From NCBI RefSeq assembly GCF_037042905.1, contig NC_087248.1, forward strand, positions 6,386,001-6,450,000: a stretch of 64,000 nt of DNA. Reading direction: 5' to 3'. This DNA is from Lytechinus pictus. Taxonomy: Eukaryota. The notes under the pieces were generated by a model. The model saw only the letters and a list, made by a program, of their open reading frames with translations, was not told the DNA's origin and did no database searches. The position numbers were made by a program, and so were the translations under genes. Position 1 is the stretch's first letter. Each line of letters opens with the position of its first letter. This document shows positions 14,117 through 25,700 of the stretch, in pieces.

Positions 14117-15035
14117 TACCCTTTTTACACACGCTAAAATTTCCTTAACCCCGTACTATAGGTGGGGCTAAATTGCCATTTAGCCCCACCTATAGTACGG
14201 GGTTAAAGAGAAATTCCAGTAGTTGCATTAAACACTGATTTCATGAGAAAGTCTGTAAAACCAGGCTTAATTGTCAGTATATCATCGAGGATCTAGATCT
14301 GGTACAGTTACATAAACTGAACTTTGTGAAATCTTGAAATCTACGCTGAAAAATGTTCAGACTGAACTTCCCCAACACAGATATTGCGCACGTGGGACAG
14401 TGTATAATTATTGCTTTGAGCGTCGGGCCCGACGCTCTACCCGAATCCTGTGCTTATTTGCTGATTTCTCAGCAATTACACAATTTCTTCCAGAATCCTT
14501 TGGCACATGCGTTTTATTTATACAAACAGACACTTTGGTGGTCATTTCATTGGATTCTGTACGAACTCATTTTGATATCGTTACCAAAACTAGCATTTAC
14601 CTTTAAGCTTAGCCCACTTTCTTTTTGCACAGCATTTTTGCTTTAGTACGGGATTTATTTGGCCCTGCAAAAAAGCAGGGTTATCCCAGCAATTGTGGTG
14701 CTAAGAGCGAAAGTACGGGGTTAAGATCGCTAGTGTAAAACGAAAGTGGGCTAAGCTTAACCCCGTACTATAGGTGGGGCTAAATGGCAATTTAGCCCCA
14801 CCTATAGTACGGGGTTAAGGAAATTTTAGCGTGTGTAAAAAGGTACGAGTGAAGTACTTGTACTACGAATGATCGACAAAAACCACTAGTCCGGGGTTAG
14901 CGAGTTTCCTGTGTGAAAAGCAAGCATTCCTTATCCGGGGTTAGCGATAACAATTTGGCATGTGTGAAAAGGAAAAAAAAATAGTACGGGGTTAGCGATA
15001 GTCCGGGGTTAAGAAAATCCTGTGTAAAAAGGGTA
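14117..15035. mobile_element. Palindrome-rich non-autonomous DNA transposon
   Basis: Ends TACCCTTTTTACAC / GTGTAAAAAGGGTA, flanked by ttt on both sides. Contains many internal GGGGTTA(A/G) motifs and two copies of a ~60-bp palindrome (ttaaccccgtactataggtggggctaaa...). Confidence 0.7.
14207..14602. mobile_element. TTAA-flanked Kolobok-type element, 396 bp, short imperfect TIRs
   Basis: ttaa|AGAGAAATTCCAGT...ACTAGCATTTACCT|ttaa; it splits the host element at a TTAA. Confidence 0.7.
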
Positions 15036-15216
15036 TTTGAAATGTCATTATAACTTATGAAGTATTTGGACCCAGTTAATGAAAATTGGACATAGGGTAA
15101 TCAATTATTACTGAACATCTTGCTGGAATTTCAGGTCACTTGACCAAGGTCAAAGGTCATTTAGTATCAATGAACTTAGACCATGTTGGGAGAATCAAAA
15201 TCTTAACCAAGGTTAA

Positions 15217-15814
15217 AGGTCAAGTCCATCCCAGGAAAAATGTTGATTTGAATAAATAGAGAAAAATCAAACCAGCATAACGCTGAAAATTTCATCAAAA
15301 TCGTATGTAAAATAAGGAAGTTATGGCATTATAAAGTTTTGCTTATTTTTCACAAAACAGTGATATGCACAACTCAGTGTCATGCGAATGAGTCAGTCGA
15401 TGATGTCCATCACTCACTACATTTCTTTTGTTTTTTATTTGAATTATACAATATTTTATTTTTTACAGATTTTACAATAAGGACCAAGTTGACCGAACCA
15501 TATTATAGTAATAAACAATGCTATTTCCACATGTTCTTGGAGAATTAATTGTTGTTTCACTTGACAATGAGGAGAAAATTAGAATATTTCATATAATACA
15601 ATACAAAAGAAATAGTGAGTGGATGACATCATCAGTCTGCTCATTTGCATACCGACCAGGATGTGCATATAACTGTTTTGTGAAATTAAGCGAAACTTTA
15701 AAATGTCATAACTTTCTTATTTTACATCCGATATTGATGAAATTTTCAGTGTTATGCTTGTTGGATTTTTCTCTTTGTATTCAAATCAACTGTTTGTTGG
15801 GGTGGACTTGTCCT
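15217..15814. mobile_element. Kolobok-type MITE (AGG(T/A)CAAGTCCACCCC family)
   Basis: ttaa|AGGTCAAGTCCATCCC...GGGGTGGACTTGTCCT|tgaa with long internal inverted arms. Relatives lie at ~17260-18043, 32615-36226, ~43900-44500 and 61668-62242. Confidence 0.8.
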
Positions 15815-16185
15815 TGAATTTTTTAAAATGTTGTCATAACTTTGAAAGTTTATGGATCCAGCTCATGAAACTTGGAAATAAGGGTAATGGTATAACACTG
15901 AACATCCTGTTTGAGTTTAAAGTCGCATGACCAAGGTCAAAGGTCATCTTGGGGCAATGAACTTTGGCCAAGTTGGGGTATTTGTTAAATCGCCATCATA
16001 ACTAAAAGTTTATGGATCTGGTTCATGAAACCTGTACGTAAGAGCAATCAAGTATCGCTGGACTTCCTGTGCGAATTTCAGGCAACATGACAAAGGTCAT
16101 TCAAGGTTGATGAACTTTGGCCATGTTGGGTGAATTTGTTAAATTGCCATCATAACTTTAGGCCTGATTTTTTGTTATCTACATC

Positions 16186-16529
16186 TCAAAACTTTGACAT
16201 GATACTATAATTTCCTAATCTTGATTGACCAAGGAGAGTTAGAAAAATGATAGCATGAAGCAGGATTTCTCAATGTTCTTGCTTGAAATAATCCCAGTGT
16301 TTCAATTTTGTTCTGTTTATTTAGTCACATTTATGCTGTAAAGTGTTAATGCCCTCTACGTTCATTGGTCGCAAACAGAACAATGTAGTTGCCCACACGC
16401 ACCAGGATCACATAACAATTTGGACATAAATTCAAGGAAGAAAATTGAGAAATCCTGCTCGAACTATTGCTTTCATAACTCTACTTGGTTAATCAAGGCT
16501 TGGAAATTATAGAATGTCAAAGTTTTGAT
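16186..16529. repeat. Palindromic MITE remnant
   Basis: tcaaaactttgacat...ataatttcc...cttgattgaccaag...gcaggatttctcaat is mirrored by attgagaaatcctgc...cttggttaatcaag...ggaaattat...atgtcaaagttttga. Confidence 0.65.
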
Positions 16530-17504
16530 ATAATTCAGTTCAACAATTCAATTAAAATATTTGTAATTCCAATGAAACGTAAATTTATCATACAATTGCA
16601 TTTAGCAATTAAATTTTTTTTAATGTATTACAATTGTCATTGAGCACAACTTTCACACATAGAAAAGACCACAACAATATTGGAATTGGCTGGTCATAAG
16701 AACAAAAAATTGGCTTGTCACATGACCACCCTTGATAGAGTTGAAATATATTAAGTTCAATCTTATTTAAGTAATAATTGGCAAATAATTTTATTATACT
16801 ATAAAAAGTGAAAAATTAAAGAAAAATTAAAAATTAACCAAACAAATATATATATCTAGATAAGGGGAAAGGCCTAAAATGGTTGATGAATTATAGTCTT
16901 TGGTGACATTGAGATTCTTATGTTCCAGTATTTCTTTTTTTTTTGTGGTCCACTGGTCAGAAAAAACTTGCACCATTGATCGTCATTGTCAGTTGGGCAC
17001 CGGTGGACAGCCCGGTTTGACTTGGGCTTAATTCTTAGAGAGAGCATACCATTGAATTTACCAAAGGGTTTTATTTGACTCTGTTGCTTTCTCAATATTA
17101 TTACACTAAGCTTAACTTATGGTTTGAGAATTATCTTAGTAGCCAAATTCAATGTTTTGTACAAGAACACATCTGATACACTAAATGTAACATGTGGTTT
17201 GCCACAGGGCTCAGTTCTCAGCAACTCATGACAACTAAAGATATCAATGAAAGACAACTCAACTGTTATATTTTTAGGCATTTTTATTAAATGAATTTCA
17301 ATACTGTGAAAAAATAAATATTGCATAATTGTAAACAATAAAAAGAAAATAAATAGTGAATGAATGGCATCATTGGCTCTTTCATTGCATGTCACAATTA
17401 AGTTGTGCATATAATTGTTAAAAATAAGCAAAACTTTGAAATTTCAAATTTTTTATCTCACATCCGATGTTGATGAAATTTTCAGTGTTATGCTTGATTG
17501 ATTT

Positions 17505-18003
17505 TTGTCTCGTCTGCATAGCAGAGCGAGACTCTAGGCACCGCTTCTCTGACGGCTGCAGCGTCAACATCAAATCTTAACCTAAGGTTAAGATTTGAAA
17601 TGACATAAAAATTTAGATATTGAAACTTCGACATGAGGGTTATCAAGTATTACTGAACATCCTGCCTTGGTGACAGGTCACATGACCAAGGTCAGAGGTC
17701 ATTTTGGGTCAATTAACTTAATAACTTATATCATGTTGGGGGAATCAATATCAAAATCTTAACCTAAGGTTAAGTTTTTGGAATGTCATAATAACTTAAA
17801 AACTATATGGACCTAGTTCATTAAACTTTGACATTAGGGTAATGAAGTATTACTAAACATCCTGTGCAAGTTTCAGGTCACATGCCCAAGGTCAAAGGTC
17901 ATTTTTGTAAATAATTATTTTACAGTCATTTTCAAAGTCAGCACTGCTGCTACATATTGAATCGCGTAATGCAGGCAAGACTGCCAGAGGCGCTCCACTT
18001 GTT
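17505..18003 (+). mobile_element. Complete HINE/Tsp-like element inserted into a degenerate Kolobok MITE (~17260-18043)
   Basis: 5' GTCTCGTCTGC-ata-GCAGAGCGAGAC, two GGTCA(A/G)AGGTCA core units, 3' subterminal IR GCAGGCAAGAC and a terminal hairpin. Inserted in a T run; the host MITE resumes at ctctattcaaatc...acct|ttaa. Confidence 0.75.
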
Positions 18004-18954
18004 CTCTATTCAAATCAATTTTATTCTGGGGTGAACCTGACCTTTAACTTCAAACTCAGAGATCTTGTTGAATCATTGAAAAGCCTATTATTTTCAATGA
18101 ATAAGAATATATGGAATAAAGAAATTAATTTCTTAAATGAGTTAACAATATAATGAATAAATCAATTTGATGGTTTTCACATCAGAATAAAGTATAAAAT
18201 ACAGTTCAGATGTGGCACTGTGCAGTTAAGAATCCTGTTCAGGTATCATTCAAAACAAATGTTATTAGATTGCAAATTAACATTCATTTTGAAATTAGTT
18301 CACATATATACTCACAGGGGAATTGAATGAAACCAATAAAGAAATCAAATAAGTTCTAAATAAAAAGACTACTTAAGATCCATAGCCAAAATTTTCATTT
18401 GTGCATTTGCATCTTGCTATAAAGTGGGTCAAAAAAAGAGAGTGGAGGAGAGTATTGATTATCAACAGAGAATGGACAAGGGTTGGGGAGTGCAATATCT
18501 GAAGAGATTGATTAGAAGAGTGAGATAGAATGGATGTTGAAGAATGGAATGAGAGAGAAGGGGTGTGATAAGTGAGAAGAGAATATCTTGGTTGAGCGCA
18601 CTTCAGGAACTGCCCCCGAAGGCTCTGCCCAAGCCCTCCTTTCGCCCCGTAGGGCCGGGCGAGGAATTAGGTCCCGGTAAAGATAAATGAAAAATAATAA
18701 TCGTAAAAATGAAATGGCTGTCTTGGGCCTCGACCCACCATTATGTCCTTGGTTTGGTTGCCAGTTAGAACATGGCTATTTTGTAACTTTAAATAGTGAA
18801 ATTTATTGAATTTTATTTGATCGCTTGATTCAAAGCTCCACACTAACCTCTAATCATATTTACATTTATATTTACAGTATCTTTCTTGATTGAAATGGCC
18901 CCATTCATAAAACATAGTAGGTAGCATTTTAATGTTTAAAGCATGGCTAATGAG

Positions 18955-19489
18955 CAGGGTGCTACATAACTTTTTAGAAGCATTTGCCCAAAGTAAATTA
19001 TTAAATAGTTTGCCCAAAAATCTATTTCACTTGCCCAAAAAATCCTTGAAAAAAAGTTTTACCTCTTCAAAAGAAATTACGGTATTGGGGTTTTATAAAC
19101 CATTGACCTCTTTCTCTCTTTTGACAAGAACTGATCTACCTTGTTATTGCCATGACCAAAATTAGGGTCAATATCATATCGACCCTAATTTTGGTCATTC
19201 TACTTTGAGAATTTTGCTAGCCCAATTCGGGGAAGTAGTTTTGGTCTTTACTTCAAAACACTTGCCCAACTCTAACTTTTACTTGCCCTGGGCAATCGGG
19301 CAAGTGCTTATGTAGCAGGGGCCGCGGGACCGGGGGGGCTTCAGCCCCCCCACTTTTTTCAAAAACTGTGTACAAAAACGTAAAAATGACCATATGATTG
19401 TGATTTTTAGCATGGTCAGCCCCCCCCCCCACTTTTGGCTCAGCCCCCCCACTTTGAAAACCGTTCCGCGGCCCCTGTGTAGCACCCTG
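18955..19489. mobile_element. Non-autonomous hAT element with 8-bp TSD
   Basis: TIR CAGGGTGCTACA / TGTAGCACCCTG; flanks ctaatgag / caaatgag (7 of 8 match); repeated cttgccc subterminal motifs. Confidence 0.8.
19316..19477. mobile_element. 162-bp hAT-like MITE with 5-bp TSD, nested in the host's right TIR
   Basis: TIR CAGGGGCCGCGG / CCGCGGCCCCTG, flanked by a tgtag direct repeat (19311-19315 and 19478-19482). Confidence 0.8.
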
Positions 19490-20151
19490 CAAATGAGTGA
19501 TAAGACTCTACTGAGTGGATCCCCTCCCCCTATTGACAGTTAATGGAGAGTTCTGAATCAAGCATTTACAAGAAATAATGTGCATATTAAATGGTAACTG
19601 TACATAAAATCGGCTATACTTTTTTTCTTTTCTTTTATTTTATTTTTTTATTTTTCATATAATGACATGTGATACAAAATACATGTTCATTGTTCATTGT
19701 CAACTTAAAGAAGTGAATTACTTAACAATATGCAATATTACTGATTATCACCCGTATCAGACATCTGAGCTGGTCATTTACAAAACCGTATTTCCCTGTA
19801 TTTTATTATTATCAGGAAGGGATAGGTACATTGTTTGTATTTTCCTCGGTCTCAATGCGCGTATTGACTTTGCATGCAGAGACAACGCAAAATATACCTT
19901 TGTATTTTCCCTGGTCTCACATCCGGGCCTTTGATGAGGATGCGAATGAAGTGATATGCTTCATAATGTTCCGCGCACCAACGATCTACGTCATAATAAA
20001 GACAACGCTGGATCTGGGCGCTTGCAAGTACGTCATAATGGTAAAGTGCAGAGCCTAGACACTGATATTATCATGACACAACAGAACTCTATTCTTAAAA
20101 GATATCACTGTTATCATGATTTTTGCTCTAGATATCTGATTTGGATGATAA

Positions 20152-20296
20152 TAAAAATATTGACTGCCCTTCTTTCGGGGAACATCAAATATATTGCCCT
20201 TAAAAGACCCATATTGCCCTCGTCTAAAGACTCGGGCCAATATGATTCTTTTGCTGGCAATATATTTGATGTTCCCCTCAAGACCAGTCAATATTA
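20152..20296. repeat. Hairpin repeat (possibly a Crypton-like non-autonomous end)
   Basis: aatattgactg...ggggaacatcaaatatattgcc is mirrored by ggcaatatatttgatgttcccc...cagtcaatatt. The family assignment is only a resemblance. Confidence 0.5.
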
Positions 20297-21435
20297 TATA
20301 AATATTTGCTCTACCATCTCATTAAAAACAGAAGAAGCTAGAGTGAACCTATATACCACTGCATGCTCCTGAGGGGGATAGCACTTGGATCCCATTCCAG
20401 ATTAAAGCAAAACACAGTTCATTTAAACAGGTTGAATCCATGACCGCAATCATTCAAGTTTAATTTCATTTAACAGTAAATGTTCAAATTAAACACATTG
20501 CCATACCAAGGCATGATAAACAAATGAAATAATTTTAATCAACTCGTGAATTTTTAAAGGTAATGTAAGAGCTTATCATTGTAGACCTTCATGATTTCAA
20601 CAAATGGGTTGGGACTTGCTTCATAAAAAAAATGAGAAAAAGAACTTGCATTAGAGTTGAGGAAGGCACTGGAATTCCCGGGGGAAGGGGGCACTTCCAC
20701 TGACGAGTGGATACCATGCGTGAACATGGGGTTTCGAAAAGTACCCTAAACAAGTATTTTCCATGTTCTGAAAATGCATCCTTTAACAAGTATTGGCGTG
20801 TGAAATCCTACCCTTCACAAGTATTGGAACCAAAACGTACTCTTAGTCTCTTAACAAGTATTTCCTAATTACTCTGACCCCCTAAGCAAGTACAACAATA
20901 TTTTAACAGCCCCAACATTAGCACTTAGCAGCAATATTTTTTCTAGTATGTGTATGGACATTTGAGTTACACATCAAAGATATACCGCAGGACCCTATAT
21001 ACGATTACTATATGCCGCTTCCTGATATTTACCATTTGTCAAGATTATTCCTGTTCACTCAAATTTACAATGGTTTTTACAACATTTGGCGTGATAATTC
21101 TACAAACAGAAGCTTACTGCACTTCATAGATTACTGAATCGTGTAGCATTCCATAGATGTCTTCAGTTCATCGCTGCATTATTTCTACGGAGAAGAACTG
21201 TACGGTTAATATCTGCAGTAGCTCTCAAGAGCTTATCCTTCAAGATTCTCCAAACTTTCTTCGAAGATACTACTAGTGACTGTTTTGAAGAGACATTTAG
21301 AGAATACATTACAGCAAGATTTAACAATTATCCTTATATAAAGAACACCAGCGACATATATTTTGTACTTCCAATTTAAAGACAAATTTCTAACTTTTGG
21401 CTTGAGAGAGAGCTTGTGTTGTAATTCGTCATTAA

Positions 21436-22017
21436 AGGGATGGTCCGGGCTGAATGTATGTATAGCTTAATAAATAGAGTAGAATTCACTGAGCAAAATA
21501 CCGAAAATTTCATCAAAATCGGATAACAAATAACAAAGTTATTGAATTTTAAAGTTTAGCAATATTTTGTGAAAACAGTCGTCATGAATATTCATTAGGT
21601 ACGCTGATGATGTCACATCTCCACTTGTTCTTTTGTATTTTATTATATGAAATTAGGTTTATTTAAAAATTTTCCTCCAAGAACTAGAAAAATTGGATTG
21701 ACAACTGATTTAGTGCATTAGATATTTATTGCTGCAACTTATTTCATTGTAAGGGAGACATATTATTCACACAAGTATGAAATAATGAAAAAATTATGAT
21801 TTTATGTAATAACATAAGAAAACGGAAAGTGGAGATGTGACATCATCAGCCCACCTAATGAATATTCATGACGACTGTTTTCACAAAATATTGCCAAACT
21901 TTAAACTTCAATAACTTTATTATTTGTTATCCGATTTTGATGAAATTTTCGGCATTTTGCTCAGTGAATTCTACTCTATGTATTAAGATATAAATATTTT
22001 CAGCCCGGACCATCCCT
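21436..22017. mobile_element. Kolobok-type MITE (582 bp), young near-perfect foldback
   Basis: ttaa|AGGGATGGTCCGGGCTGAA...TTCAGCCCGGACCATCCCT|ttaa; arms of ~190 bp are nearly perfectly complementary. Confidence 0.85.
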
Positions 22018-22777
22018 TTAATAATGTGAAATTCTATTGATATACACTTATGTACCCAAGGGGGCTCTGTTTTGTAAAGGCTGTTCTCTAATTTTGATAT
22101 GAAAGGATTCTTTCATTTTATTTTGAAAATAAAGTTTATCTAAACTTAATTTAATGGCTATTCGCTAAATCTGGAGTCATTTGTGAATTGTGGGTGGTCA
22201 CGCAACCCGGTATTTGGTTAATCACAATTGTATTTTAACTTTGACCTGAATTTATTGAGGGTAAAAATCCACTTACATCATGACAGAGAGGAAGAGCATC
22301 CACTCGAGAGGGAGCAAGGCAGCAATCAGTGATGCGTGATGAAAATTAATTTCAAGAGGATGGAGGCACTACATAAGATCTTGTGATAGACACAATTTAC
22401 CTATTAAATATGGGACAATGTATCACAAGATTTGTTTCAATTGTATTATTACTGAAATTGACTTTCTTATTGTAAAATTGTTTTTCTACAAAAAACAAAC
22501 CCATTTGAGTATTCAATCAGTTCCATTATATAGTAATTTTCAGGTGAAATATTATAATTACAATAGGCTATCTGGCCCTGAGAGGGAATTCATCATCAAA
22601 TTAAGAAAATCAAAGAAAGCAAATTAACACAAAAAGGATACCAACGCATAATAAAAAAGGGTAGAAGGGGATTCGATCAAATTTTTCTAGCAAAGTAGAT
22701 TACTATCATACTCCACTCACATACTTTATCACACTAACTGCCATCCTAGCCCTTTGCTTGCTTTAGGCCTACACCCT

Positions 22778-25700
22778 CTATGCTCTAACAAACCTGAGGT
22801 AATTATTACGATAATGTTCTAAAACTGGTCCGACCCAGGTATTATCTATTATGTCGCTATCCTCATCGTTTTCATCTTCTAAATAGTCATACTCGATGAG
22901 GCATTCACTGGGGCCGGTGACAGATGATATGAACCCTCTATACCATATCCTTTCATCTCCGACCTCAAATTGATGCATAACATCCATCCCTACTACATCC
23001 TCAACATTTAAATCTACAATCTTGAGGTCCCCGTTCTGTAGATCTTGTTCTATGTCTCTCTTTGGATGGGTAATGATCGTCTGTGGGTTTATATCATAGC
23101 TAAGGCTAAGGCCTCTTTTGGATTTTCCAGTGACTATTGCCCGGTACCACCCTTCCTCACTGCCATCTTCACTACTTGTTAGATGCTCAACTATCTTCCC
23201 CACTAAGTTATCATATTCTAAGTCCTTGCCTTTCACTGCCCGAGCCTTTTCTTTTGCCATTTTCTCCCGTGTCTTTTCCCTGAACTCTTCTACCTTTTCA
23301 GTGGGTGCTACAGCGTTAGTATAGTCGACTTCTTCCTGTTCTTCTACATTAATGATCCTGTCATTGGCTGTCTTTAATACACTTCTTAGGGACTGTTTTA
23401 GTTCTGACAAACTCTTCCTTCTACCCTTGACAGAGATGTTAAGATTACCCTCAACATTCTTTTCTCCAAAGACATGTCTCCTAGCCTGTAACTGAGATTG
23501 AAGCATCTCAATGGCATGCTTATCATCCACCCCTTTCAACTGAGAATCTAATTCAGTCTCTGATAGCCAGATTCCGCCGCATTTGCTCCTTACACTAGCG
23601 TACACTTTTTCAGTCCTAACCTTATTTCTATCCTCCCGTTCTTGAGCTATTTGCTTCTTACTTTTTCGTTTAGCTTCCCTATTAGCCCACAGGGTCTTCA
23701 CTCTACGCGCATATTCCTCCCTCTGTGCCTTTACGCTCTTTCGGGAATACTCCATGTACTCCTCCCTTTTCATTTCAGTGAGACCCTTTCTCCATTCCCT
23801 AGTTCTATTCCTAACATTCATAATGACCCCCTCATACACCATTGTACTTGCAGCTGGTTTTAAGCGCATCAATCTATCAAGCATTCCAAAGTCTCGTTCT
23901 ACACCTACATTAGTCTTCGGTACACTGGCTGTTTCCCTCTTCTTTTTCTCATTCATTGCTGTATGTGAGCCGGATGGCAAGTGATCCGCTAACATCTTTT
24001 CCGTGACTTGGCAAAAAGTCAAGAAAACCAATTCTAGAATCTGCTTTGTCATTTCATCTAACTCTGGATTAACTTGCACCAGTGAGTGATAGATTTCATC
24101 TTTCTTGATATCAATGTCATCAAACAAGATATCCTTACCCCTCATGAATTGGCTGCTATCATCTGACCACCTTGAAAAACCCTGATGAATAACTCTGTAT
24201 CGGTCATTCATGTCTGCTATATGCCCCTTCTCATTAATTGTGCGCCACAAAGGGCCTGTAACCACTTTGTCAATCAAACCAAGCGCACGGGCGCCTGCAA
24301 TGAATTGCTTGATGCCAAGATCAGCGTGAACACCTTTCATAAGTTCATTATCATCTTTGTGTTTATCAAAGAATTCCAGCAACTCTGGTAGCAGGTAAGC
24401 AACACCCGCGGCATTATGAAAGAGGATGTTGAATCTATTCCCCTTGAAAGGGGCAAGAGGCACTGTTGAAATGCCCTTTGATTTGAGAAATGTCCTGAAT
24501 TGTAATGGTTTTCCTGACTTCTCGCAAGCACGGTCCTGCACAGATTTGCATACAGTACGAATGAGGCGTTCTGTACCACTTTCAGTACTGTTCCCACTTT
24601 CACTACTAGCTGCAGCACCCACCTCTTTGTCATTGAAAATCATCCCTTCCCAAGCACCAAGTGTTTTCCCTGCATACTCTGCTAATCCCACGAGATAGTG
24701 AAGTCCACAGAAGAAATTATTCATGGATGCAAACTGATCCCTTTCACCCTCACTCATGCCCTTCCATCCCTGAATTATGCTAGGAAGGATGGATTGCCTG
24801 TAATCCTTCAGGAGTTCATTGAATTTCTTCTGAACAATGTGCCTATCACTCATTGTGTTCTTTATGTTGGCCAGTACAGTATTTACAGCTTGATTTTGCG
24901 CCTCTTCATCCTGCTGCCCCACAACATCTTGCAAAATTGTCTTTAATGTTTGCATTGTCGTGTCAGCTGTACCGTCATCTGTCTCGCGCATGCCCACTAT
25001 CAAACCAGAACCCCCTTCGCCCTCAAATACATCAAAAGAGGTGTAGTGATGGCCGAATTTGGAGGTTGCATCACTACCCAAAGTCAAATCATTATGTGCT
25101 AAGCTTTCGGCTACCTGGATTTGGGCCATTTTCCTCCCTTCCAATAGCAAATTTTGAGCTGTGCTCTTCTTTGGTAGATCTGGGATTTCCATAGATGTCA
25201 AGTTTTCAAGCACTGTTTTGACCACCCCTTCACAATTTCTGGTACTAACGCCATAGTTATTTAGCAAATCAAGGTAGACACTCCGTATATTAGCGTTATA
25301 TTGCTTCCCTGCTTTTAATCTCTTCTTTGGACTCTCTTCTTCCAGTGTAAACAAGTTTTGCTCTCTAATTCGTTTCTTGAGCCCCCTAGTTTCCTCCCGC
25401 GACTTCTTCAATGCCAGCCTTTCTTGCTCCCTCTCTTTTTGGATCTTATCTCTTACCCTCTTACGGCCTACTTTCCTATCGTATCTGTTTCGACTGAGTA
25501 TCCTGTTCCTCTCAGTCACTCTCTTCTGCTCTAGAAGTTTGTTAAGCTCAACCCTTTCCCTGTATTTTGCTTCCACTTCCCCTACATTTTTCTTCATTTC
25601 TTTTATCTCTTCTCGAGCGACTTTCAAATTGGCTTTGTATGTCTTCAGCTCTGCTCTTAAGCTAGCTTCTAACTGTCCCATCATGTTTTGTCCCACCACA

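Larger units (their letters stand above)
14009..16160 (+). mobile_element. Helentron-associated (HINE/Tsp/pearl-like) element interrupted by nested insertions
   Basis: 5' end tt-GTCTCGCCTGC...GCAGAGCGAGAC (subterminal IR hairpin), then tandem core units of ~160 bp containing GACCAAGGTCAAAGGTCA and CATGAAACTTGG. Interrupted at 14117-15035 and 15217-15814. Confidence 0.7.

Noticed and set aside
17140-17225. TLNVTCGLPQGSVL RT-like peptide
   Set aside because: A tiny LINE remnant, too short to delimit as a feature.
21436-22017. MITE as a possible terminal repeat of the transposase element
   Set aside because: It is self-contained with its own TTAA flanks and has no partner copy on the other side of the ORF.
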